DNA of 49,215 nt from assembly GCA_963784785.1 (NCBI GenBank), contig CAWASW010000003.1:1-49215 (forward strand), given 5' to 3'. Origin of the DNA: Candidatus Woesebacteria bacterium. GTDB taxonomy: Bacteria > Patescibacteriota > Microgenomatia > UBA8517. The notes under the pieces were generated by a model, which saw nothing but the letters and a program-made list of their open reading frames with translations, had not been told where the DNA came from and ran no database searches. The translations under genes were made by a program, and so were the position numbers. Positions 18,586-25,926 of this stretch are shown here, one piece after another; within the stretch, counting starts at the first letter, position 1, and each line of letters starts with the position of its first letter.

Positions 18586-20199
18586 ATGACTACAATTGTA
18601 AATAACCCAAATCAACAGAAATACTTCATATATGCAAGGAAGTCTACAGATGTAGAAGAAAAGCAAGTGCAATCTATTGAAGGTCAACTTGATGAGTTGC
18701 ATTTGCTTGCCAAGAGAGAAAATTTAGAAGTTATTGAAGAATTCATTGAAAAACAATCAGCTAAAATTCCTGGGAGACCAGTTTTCAATAGCATGATTAA
18801 TAGAATTGAGAAAGGTCAGACAAATGGAATTCTCTCTTGGCACCCAGACAGACTTGCGAGGAACTCAGTTGATGGAGGTAAAATAATTTACCTCATTGAT
18901 ACAGGCAAGATATCTGCCCTCAAATTTAACACCTTTTGGTTTGAACCCACTCCTCAGGGTAAATTTATGTTGTCAATTTCCTTTGGGCAGTCAAAATATT
19001 ATGTGGATTCGTTAAGTGAAAATACTCGTCGTGGGTTACACCAAAAAGCTAGAAATGGATATTTCCCAGGAGTTGCACCTTTGGGGTATATTAACGATAC
19101 TCGTAACAGAACTATCGTTGTTAATAGAAAAATTGCTCCAATTATTACTAAAGCATTTGAAATGTATGCAGAGGGAAATATCCAAATAAAAGAAGTTGCT
19201 AGCTTTTTGGAACAACAAAAGGTGTTAAGGAAAAATGGTAAAAGAATTAGAGAAGATGTAGTAACTATGATTTTAAAAAAGTTATTTTACACAGGACTCT
19301 TCACCTATGCAGGTGAAGTATATGAGGGCAGACATGATCCAATAATCTCAAAGAAACTTTTTGACAAAGTCCAAGAGGTTTTGAATTTTAGAAACGCACC
19401 ATGGAAATATGCCAATATAGAAAGAATTCAAAAACCTTTTCTTGGACTTTTAAGGTGTGGTGAGTGTGGCATGATGATTACTGCTGATTTTCAAGTTAGA
19501 CATTATGTAAATGGTAGTTGTGGCTACTTTAATTATTATAGATGTAGTAAAAAGAATAAAAGTATAAAGTGCCAACAACCCCATATCCGAGATATAGATT
19601 TAGAGCCACAACTCACCACACTACTCAAAAAGTATACTTTGAGACAAGATTGGGCTAATCAGATGCTTTTGAAATTAAAACAAGAAGAATCTGATGTCGC
19701 CAAATCCTCCCTTGAAGTTAATAATTTGAAAAGACAACAAGTTGAAGCTATTGATGTTAAGTTAAAATTGTTGTTAGATAGTTACTTAGATCAAATAATT
19801 GATAAGGATGTTTTCCAAGAAACAAAACTTCAACTTGTATCTCAAAAGAAAACTTTTGAAGAACAAATTATTAACAATAAAAAACATCAAGGGAGTTGGA
19901 TCGAACCCATGAAACAATGGGTTCTTGAGGCTCAAACAGTACAACAAGTTGCAGAATCTGCGGATCTGCAACTTAAAAAGGTCCTCGCCGTTAAAATCTT
20001 CGGCTCGAACCTCTTTCTAGAAGACAAAAAACTCCGAGGGGACGGGATAATGGCTTGGTCGTCGCTTCGCTCCGACCCGCCAGCTCGGGATTTTGCGGAG
20101 GATGCAGGATTTGAACCTGCGAAGGGATTGCTCCCTCGAGTTTTCGAAACTCGTGCAATAGGCCGCTATGCGAATCCTCCAAATATACGTAGTACATGA
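18586..20199 (+). CDS. Large serine recombinase (resolvase domain, recombinase domain, zinc ribbon, coiled coil); native C-terminus uncertain
   Basis: YFIYARKSTDVEEKQVQSIEGQ (catalytic Ser region), HPDRLARN, CGECGMMITADF...YYRCSKKNKSIKC zinc ribbon, then a coiled-coil region. There is no stop codon before the right repeat, so the last ~55 codons are repeat plus antisense tRNA sequence. Confidence 0.85.
   Translation: MTTIVNNPNQQKYFIYARKSTDVEEKQVQSIEGQLDELHLLAKRENLEVIEEFIEKQSAKIPGRPVFNSMINRIEKGQTNGILSWHPDRLARNSVDGGKIIYLIDTGKISALKFNTFWFEPTPQGKFMLSISFGQSKYYVDSLSENTRRGLHQKARNGYFPGVAPLGYINDTRNRTIVVNRKIAPIITKAFEMYAEGNIQIKEVASFLEQQKVLRKNGKRIREDVVTMILKKLFYTGLFTYAGEVYEGRHDPIISKKLFDKVQEVLNFRNAPWKYANIERIQKPFLGLLRCGECGMMITADFQVRHYVNGSCGYFNYYRCSKKNKSIKCQQPHIRDIDLEPQLTTLLKKYTLRQDWANQMLLKLKQEESDVAKSSLEVNNLKRQQVEAIDVKLKLLLDSYLDQIIDKDVFQETKLQLVSQKKTFEEQIINNKKHQGSWIEPMKQWVLEAQTVQQVAESADLQLKKVLAVKIFGSNLFLEDKKLRGDGIMAWSSLRSDPPARDFAEDAGFEPAKGLLPRVFETRAIGRYANPPNIRST
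20035..20097 (-). repeat. 63-bp inverted repeat, right arm
   Basis: Exact reverse complement of 18432..18494. Its outer 2 nt overlap the 3' end of tRNA-Ser(CGA). Confidence 0.9.
20096..20180 (-). tRNA. tRNA-Ser (anticodon CGA)
   Basis: Acceptor GGAGGAT/ATCCTCC, anticodon stem CGAGT/ACTCG with loop TTCGAAA, long variable arm, T arm GCAGG-TTCAAAT-CCTGC, discriminator G. Confidence 0.85.
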
Positions 20200-20255
20200 A
20201 GAGGATAAGCATAAGTCGCTTATGCGAATCCTCCAAATACATCCGAATATCCTTG

Positions 20256-20327
20256 TGCATTCGACAGGAATCGAACCTGTATCCTAACTTCCGCAAAGTT
20301 ATGTTCTATCCGTTGAACTACGAGTGC
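20256..20327 (-). tRNA. tRNA-Arg (anticodon GCG), one acceptor-stem mismatch
   Basis: GCACTCG...CGAATGC acceptor (one C-A mismatch), D stem GTTC/GAAC, anticodon stem TAACT/AGTTA with loop TTGCGGA, T arm ACAGG-TTCGATT-CCTGT. Confidence 0.65.
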
Positions 20328-20421
20328 CAATGAGTAGATCAATGAACAAGATTGCTTACTACGAAGTAGCAAGTTTACTTATCCGTTGAACTACGAGTAC
20401 CTAATCTGAATTATAACTTAT

Positions 20422-20934
20422 TTATTGGGGAAGTTTTTTTGAAAACCAATCAACAGCTTTATCGAGATTAGATGGAGAAATTTCTTCTTCAACCAAATAT
20501 TCTTTCAAAGTTTTCTCAATTTCTCCTTTTACCTCATTTTTGATAACAAGTTCCATTTTATTTGGAATCATGTTAGTTTCAATAATTAATAAAGTACTAT
20601 CAAATCTATTTGAAAACCAAAATCTACCCAATAATTGCCAGTCAATTCTTCTACCTCCTACTTTTATACCTTTATTTGTAATTTTATATTCAATATCTTC
20701 AGGGGCTACAGTACTCATTACGTAATAAAGAAAAATTAAGGAAATTATGAGTATCACAGGCATTGCACCTTCTGCCAAGAACAATATTAAACAAACCATT
20801 CCAGCAATTGAAATTGTGGTCACGTAAAATTGCTTATCCCTTCTCTTAAAAGGTCTCGCTGGAGCTACCCAAGTAACTAAATCTTTCTCTAATTCAGGTT
20901 TTAAAGTGCTTTCATTTTGATTGGCAGGATCCAT
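20422..20934 (-). CDS. Membrane protein, hypothetical
   Basis: 170 aa with two adjacent TM spans (ISIAGMVCLILFLAEGAMPVILIISLIFLYYV). Confidence 0.5.
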   Translation of the reverse strand: MDPANQNESTLKPELEKDLVTWVAPARPFKRRDKQFYVTTISIAGMVCLILFLAEGAMPVILIISLIFLYYVMSTVAPEDIEYKITNKGIKVGGRRIDWQLLGRFWFSNRFDSTLLIIETNMIPNKMELVIKNEVKGEIEKTLKEYLVEEEISPSNLDKAVDWFSKKLPQ

Positions 20935-20976
20935 ATCTAATATTATACCTACTATCTGTTATAATTGCACTTAATT

Positions 20977-21063
20977 GGTGGAGTCGCATAGCTGGCCCAT
21001 TGCGGGGGATTGCTAATCCCCTGAGTAGCAATACTCGCGTGAGTTCGAATCTCACCTCCACCG
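20977..21063 (+). tRNA. tRNA-Ser (anticodon GCT)
   Basis: Acceptor GGTGGAG/CTCCACC, anticodon stem GGGGA/TCCCC with loop TTGCTAA, long variable arm, T arm GTGAG-TTCGAAT-CTCAC. Confidence 0.85.
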
Positions 21064-21068
21064 CAAAA

Positions 21069-21263
21069 GATACCGTTGCATAAACGGTCACTTGTTTAGC
21101 CTTAAATGATTTGTTGTTTTTCGTTAAAATAATAACACTTTCGTCCGATTACTCGGACAATGCTGAAATTGGTTGTAGAAGCGTTTACTTAGTGAAACTA
21201 CCTTTTTAGGCCGAAAGTATAGTAAAATCAGTGTGTTTTAGGAGACCGAAATGTAACGGTCTC
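21069..21263 (+). mobile_element. 195-bp MITE-like element inserted 5 nt after tRNA-Ser(GCT)
   Basis: Identical to 7660..7854. Flanked by a perfect 9-bp direct repeat ACCGCAAAA (21060..21068 and 21264..21272). Confidence 0.75.
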
Positions 21264-21271
21264 ACCGCAAA

Positions 21272-21964
21272 ATGGATAGAATTAACATAACTAATAATCC
21301 TGCTACAAAATATGAGGGATTTAGAAGAGCTGAAAAAGTATCTCTTATAAAAGACACAATTGGTTTTCAAAATTTGACAAGAGAACAAAAGCAATTAGTT
21401 ACTTTGGCTTTTTTTGTTTCTGAGAGAGCAATACAAACAACTAGCGTAAATGCAGCTGAGAACATTAATTACCCAGCTAGAGATAATTTATCATCTGGAA
21501 TAATAATCGCTCCAAAAAAATATGGATCTGATTTAGCAAATCTAAGTCAACAACATATTTATAATTGGAATTGTATAGATGCCATAGCCGCTTTAGAAAA
21601 GGGTGAAGTAAATGCAGACAAAGATGATATATTTTTTGATGCTGAATACACAAAGCCCAAAGATAAGGATGAGGTAATTAGTTCTCTAAACGAAATTGGA
21701 TATCCAGCGGTTGTATTTATTATCTACAGTGATGAACACGATAGACATTTCATGCACACATGTCTAGCATTAGGACCTGCAATTAGTGAATTAGACAAAG
21801 ATGACAAAAAAATATATTTTTGGGAAAAAATTGGGCAAGCATATTTATATAAAATCAGTACACTAGATGAGATTATTACCGAATATGGCGTCAATTCAGA
21901 CGATAATCAAAGCAACACACATATTGAATGGGGAATTAGAAAATTAAGAAATAATAAACCCTGA
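21272..21964 (+). CDS. Hypothetical protein
   Basis: 230-aa ORF whose ATG overlaps the right target duplication of the MITE. No motif recognised. Confidence 0.5.
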   Translation: MDRINITNNPATKYEGFRRAEKVSLIKDTIGFQNLTREQKQLVTLAFFVSERAIQTTSVNAAENINYPARDNLSSGIIIAPKKYGSDLANLSQQHIYNWNCIDAIAALEKGEVNADKDDIFFDAEYTKPKDKDEVISSLNEIGYPAVVFIIYSDEHDRHFMHTCLALGPAISELDKDDKKIYFWEKIGQAYLYKISTLDEIITEYGVNSDDNQSNTHIEWGIRKLRNNKP

Positions 21965-22116
21965 TACAGGTTTTATTTTAATATCTACAAGAATATCAGT
22001 TCTTGTGTTCTTGATGATATAATACGTATTCTGGAAGATGGGCAGGACGGTAATGCGCGAGTCTTGTCAGCCAAAGGCTGATCCGCCTTTGGCGGAAAAA
22101 CTATAATTATTTATTT

Positions 22117-22200
22117 GGAGGGTTGTCCGAGTGGTTTATGGAGCAAGTCTTGAAAACTTGTGGTCGCAAGGCCTCAGAGGTTCGAATCCTCTACCCTCCG
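22117..22200 (+). tRNA. tRNA-Ser (anticodon TGA)
   Basis: Acceptor GGAGGGT/ACCCTCC, anticodon stem CAAGT/ACTTG with loop CTTGAAA, long variable arm, T arm AGAGG-TTCGAAT-CCTCT. Confidence 0.85.
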
Positions 22201-22201
22201 C

Positions 22202-22817
22202 TTAGCGGGCAATTGTAAGACTTTTTATATTTTTAAATCCTGCCGCTCTCAATACCTTTTTAGCTTCGTTAATGGTAGATCCTGTGGTGTAAACATCATC
22301 AAGAATTAAAACAGATGAATAGATAATTAGATTACTAGATAAATAGTTAGGATTAACCACGAAGACGCCGGAGAGATTAGAACGACGGACGGAGCCACGA
22401 AGTCCTACTTGAGGGTCAGTTTTTTTGATACGAATTAAAAGATCTGGAATGTATTTCCAACCCATGGTTTTTGCTAGTTTCTCCCCTATCATCTCCGACT
22501 GATTAAACCCTCTCCAATTTTCTCGTTGCCAAAACAAAGGAATCGGAATTAACACAATTTTTTTGTTTGAAAATTGTTTATTACTAATTAACGAATTAAC
22601 TAATCTACTAACTAACTCTTCTGCAACATCATATGTAAATTTATATTTCAAAGAAATTATCACCTTCCTAATTACACCCTCGTATCTAAATACTGAGTAG
22701 TTAGAATTATCACACCTCGGAGGTGTGTTTTTTTTTGAAGCAGTCATCACAGATATATTTACCTATCTTTTTACATTCAAGGCAATATTTGGGGAATATT
22801 AAATCCAATAAACCCAT
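22202..22817 (-). pseudogene. comF: ComF-family phosphoribosyltransferase, frameshifted at an A9 tract
   Basis: Hand translation from 22817 gives MGLLDLIFPKYCLECKKIGKYICDDCFKKK (ComF-type CxxC...CxxC). The remainder (...FRYEGVIRKVI...ILDDVYTTGSTINEAKKVL, PRTase motif) is in another frame after T9 at 22728..22736. Confidence 0.7.
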
Positions 22818-22821
22818 TTTG

Positions 22822-23205
22822 CGGAGACGGTGGGAATCGAACCCACATCCGAGAAAATTTTAATAAAACTTCTACAAGCTTATTCAATTTATTTAATTTT
22901 CCTTTAATTTATCCAATTGACAGGAATTTAAAGGTAAGATCAGGTTATTTTCCGTTCAATATCTACTGATCACTAAATATTGACGTAATCTCGAATTGGT
23001 TTACACCCAGTCAGTTCGATCGAGAATCAAACCTCAGGACGCCGTTAAGCTTCGTAAGCGAATGCGTATTGCATTCTATTAGCGAAAGGATTAACAGAAG
23101 CTAAACTTTCGTTTTGCTTTTAGTTTTTGATATCTTTTAACAAGTGTGTATCAAACTTGGCTTGCAGTTTTGTCAAAGAGCCCCTCGTCGAAACCGGTCA
23201 TCTCC
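22822..23205 (-). ncRNA. ssrA: tmRNA (SsrA)
   Basis: The minus strand starts GGAGATGACCGGTTTCGACGAGGGGC and ends GGGTTCGATTCCCACCGTCTCCGC (tRNA-like domain). It lies directly downstream of smpB. Candidate tag ORF at 23083..23045. Confidence 0.85.
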
Positions 23206-23211
23206 ATATAC

Positions 23212-23646
23212 TTATTCTTTGCCTCTTAACTCTCTATCTATGTCCCTTTGGACGTCTTTATTCTTAACACTTTCCTTCTTGTCAAACTTTCTTTTAGGCA
23301 CGCCGAGCGCAAGTTCTAGCTTGATTCGGTGCTTAGAATTATACATCATTGTAGGCACAATTTGCAACTTTTTCTGCTTCATCTTTGTTATAAGAGAAAG
23401 AATTTCATTTTTATGTAAAAGCAATTTTCTCATTCTTGTTGGTTCGTAACCTTTAATTTCTCCTGCAGGCATGTTGGCATTAATTAAATAAATTTCGCCG
23501 TCTATTACTCTGGCATGTGATTGGGATATATCTATCCTTCCATCTCTGAATGTTTTGGCCTCAATTCCCTTTAACACAATGCCTGCCTCCACTTTTTCAG
23601 GAGTTAATTCATACTCAAAACTAGCTTTTTTGTTAAAAACTTTCAT
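23212..23646 (-). CDS. smpB: SsrA-binding protein SmpB
   Basis: 144 aa. NKKASFEY...GIVLKGIEAK...YEPTRMRKLLLHKNEI.... Confidence 0.9.
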   Translation of the reverse strand: MKVFNKKASFEYELTPEKVEAGIVLKGIEAKTFRDGRIDISQSHARVIDGEIYLINANMPAGEIKGYEPTRMRKLLLHKNEILSLITKMKQKKLQIVPTMMYNSKHRIKLELALGVPKRKFDKKESVKNKDVQRDIDRELRGKE

Positions 23647-23660
23647 TATACTAATGGATA

Positions 23661-25019
23661 TTATAACCCAATATACATAAGCTTGGAGCCGGAGAGAAGA
23701 ATTATCTTTTTTTCTACTTCATTAACCACTAAGTCTGAAGCTTCTTTTATTTTATCCCCCATATACTGCATCTTAAACTTTCCATTCTTTTCCAAAACAA
23801 CAACTCTCCCTTTTTCTTTGTCTAAAATATATACGTATTTCAAATCTTCATTTGTGTATATCGCAGTTGGATTTTCTAGCTTTTCTGTAATTCCATCAAG
23901 AGTTATTGAAACAGGATTACCGTTCGTAAACTTTGTTACTTTACCAGTTGAAGAAAGAAGCCAAATTGATCCATCGATTGTCATATCAATAACTTTTGAA
24001 AAATCAGCTTCAATTCCTGGAGCTAACCAATCACTTTTGTCACCAAAAGTTTTTCCACCTCCTGAATATCTTAAAATTTGGTTGTTACTTCTGTCTACTA
24101 AATAAATATTGGCTGAATATAAATAAAATAACGGGTTGCTCCATTCACTATCCTTTACCTTAGTTCTATTGTTGTTAATTTCGTAGATTCCATCATTATT
24201 TAGAGTAAATAATCTATTTTCATAGGAAGCAATTTCATTTGCACCTTCCAAAACATCTTTTTTAGCTACTATCTTTGCTGATTTACCATTTATATCAAGC
24301 TGTATTATGTTTTTTCCTTCTAAATCCAAAATAAACATTGTTTCTCCTGTTGAAGATAATTTGCTTCCGCTAAAATTGTTGATTTGTAAAGTAAGATCAA
24401 GAAGTTCTTTTACCTCTGGTCTAACCTCACCTAAAATTTCCGATTCTGTATCACTAATTTTTGTAAGCAACTCATCTAATTTTGAATTTTTATAACCATC
24501 TTCCTTAAGTTTTAAAGCAATTTCTTTTGCTGATAAAAATGAGTCTTTCGTCAACAATTCATAACTTTCGATGGCATTATTTAACTTTTTTTCAGATGTA
24601 AGATTAAAGTCTTTCGAATTTTTCTGTTTGATACCAAATACAACACTCGTCATCAATAAAATTAAAATTAAAATTCCGATAGTCATTGTTGTTTTACGTC
24701 TTGAAAGGGTAGAATCATACTTTACCTCTGGCTCTACAAAAAGATTTGTTTCATGATTTTGTGCCTCATTCTCAACTTTCAATATCAACTTTTTGTCAGA
24801 ATTTTCCAGTGTATAAACATCTCCTAACAAAACACGGCCGTTAGTCATTTGCCGTTGGTCGTTAGCTCTTATCAAAACGATTTTATTAATTCCACGTAAT
24901 AATGTAACTACTGTATTTGGTTCAGTTGTTATTGAAATAATAGAATCTTGAAGTAGCACATTACCAACACCAAATAGCTGGTTTTCACCAATATTAGAAG
25001 TAAGAATTAAATTGGTCAC
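23661..25019 (-). CDS. Single-pass membrane protein, hypothetical
   Basis: 452 aa with one TM span (TMTIGILILILLMTSVVFGI) and a repeat-like beta-rich C-terminal region. Confidence 0.5.
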   Translation of the reverse strand: MTNLILTSNIGENQLFGVGNVLLQDSIISITTEPNTVVTLLRGINKIVLIRANDQRQMTNGRVLLGDVYTLENSDKKLILKVENEAQNHETNLFVEPEVKYDSTLSRRKTTMTIGILILILLMTSVVFGIKQKNSKDFNLTSEKKLNNAIESYELLTKDSFLSAKEIALKLKEDGYKNSKLDELLTKISDTESEILGEVRPEVKELLDLTLQINNFSGSKLSSTGETMFILDLEGKNIIQLDINGKSAKIVAKKDVLEGANEIASYENRLFTLNNDGIYEINNNRTKVKDSEWSNPLFYLYSANIYLVDRSNNQILRYSGGGKTFGDKSDWLAPGIEADFSKVIDMTIDGSIWLLSSTGKVTKFTNGNPVSITLDGITEKLENPTAIYTNEDLKYVYILDKEKGRVVVLEKNGKFKMQYMGDKIKEASDLVVNEVEKKIILLSGSKLMYIGL

Positions 25020-25240
25020 AAAGTAATTATACTAAAAATTAGAACAACTGCTGCGAAAACAAAATGAGCAAATGCAAGAAACTTTAATTGAGTTTCGAAA
25101 CCAACTTCAAGCGTTGCAGTCATGAGTTGAACTTGCCTAATTATCACGTACGAAAATATCAAATACAAAGACAATAATATTATCAAAAAGAATTTGATAA
25201 CTATCCAAACAGTTATTCCTGCAACAACAAGGATGATCAT
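25016..25240 (-). CDS. Small membrane protein
   Basis: 74 aa with two hydrophobic spans. 4-nt overlaps with both neighbouring genes. Confidence 0.4.
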   Translation of the reverse strand: MIILVVAGITVWIVIKFFLIILLSLYLIFSYVIIRQVQLMTATLEVGFETQLKFLAFAHFVFAAVVLIFSIITL

Positions 25241-25914
25241 CGAATTCTCCCTTCTACTGCTTCTAAATCTTCTTCAGTTTGTAATTCCTGCAAAACTTTA
25301 GCCACTTTATCAGGCTGTGGAACTGCCAAAAAGTCAAAATTTGGAACTTCCGAAGCGGTCTGAATCAAAACATCACCATAATTAAATATCGTCCTGATAA
25401 CGCCACCCATATTATAAGTAACATCTTGAATTCTATCTATGTGAGCATCATGGACTTCTTTGTAAATCAAATTGTTGAAATCTACATCAACAATTCTTTC
25501 ATCAGTAATAATATACACATTAAAAAACCAATTAAGAAAATTCTCCAAAATGTAGGCTGAAGTTACCAAATACCAAATTAATGTAAAAATAAATTTAAAG
25601 TTCATTGGTACTAATTCAAGAATTGAGGTCATTGAAATAATTGCTGGAACAAAAAGCATGACAAATCCAATAAATATCCAAGGGACATTAACTATAAAGT
25701 GTTGTCTTAAAAAAAGTACAACCTTTTCCTCTGCTTCTCTAGTTTCAAAATTCACTCTTTCAGGGCACATAGCAAACGACGACAATGGTCTATTTCTTTT
25801 AACAGGAAAATTTTTATAGGACGAATTTGGATGAATATTAGAGGCTTTGGAAACAGACTGAGTTGTTTTTACTTTTTTGACAACTGGTTTTTCTGAAGTA
25901 AATACATCTGGCAT
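25237..25914 (-). CDS. Membrane protein with a bacterial PH-like (YdbS/YdbT-type) domain
   Basis: Two TM spans followed by TDERIVDVDF...GGVIRTIFNYGDVLIQTA. Confidence 0.45.
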   Translation of the reverse strand: MPDVFTSEKPVVKKVKTTQSVSKASNIHPNSSYKNFPVKRNRPLSSFAMCPERVNFETREAEEKVVLFLRQHFIVNVPWIFIGFVMLFVPAIISMTSILELVPMNFKFIFTLIWYLVTSAYILENFLNWFFNVYIITDERIVDVDFNNLIYKEVHDAHIDRIQDVTYNMGGVIRTIFNYGDVLIQTASEVPNFDFLAVPQPDKVAKVLQELQTEEDLEAVEGRIR

Positions 25915-25926
25915 GGGCTTATTGTA

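Noticed and set aside
18432-20097. Interpreting the 63-bp repeats as attL/attR of a serine-integrase prophage or island
   Set aside because: The repeats are inverted, perfect and enclose only the recombinase gene. Serine-integrase att sites are short, non-identical and flank cargo. Simple integration therefore does not explain them.
19991-20296. 101-aa minus-strand ORF spanning tRNA-Arg, tRNA-Ser(CGA) and the right 63-bp repeat
   Set aside because: It overlaps two tRNA genes and repeat sequence, so it is an artefact of ORF calling.
20378-20402. A second tRNA gene upstream of tRNA-Arg
   Set aside because: Only the first ~20 nt match tRNA-Arg. No D-stem complement, T arm or acceptor 3' strand can be formed downstream.
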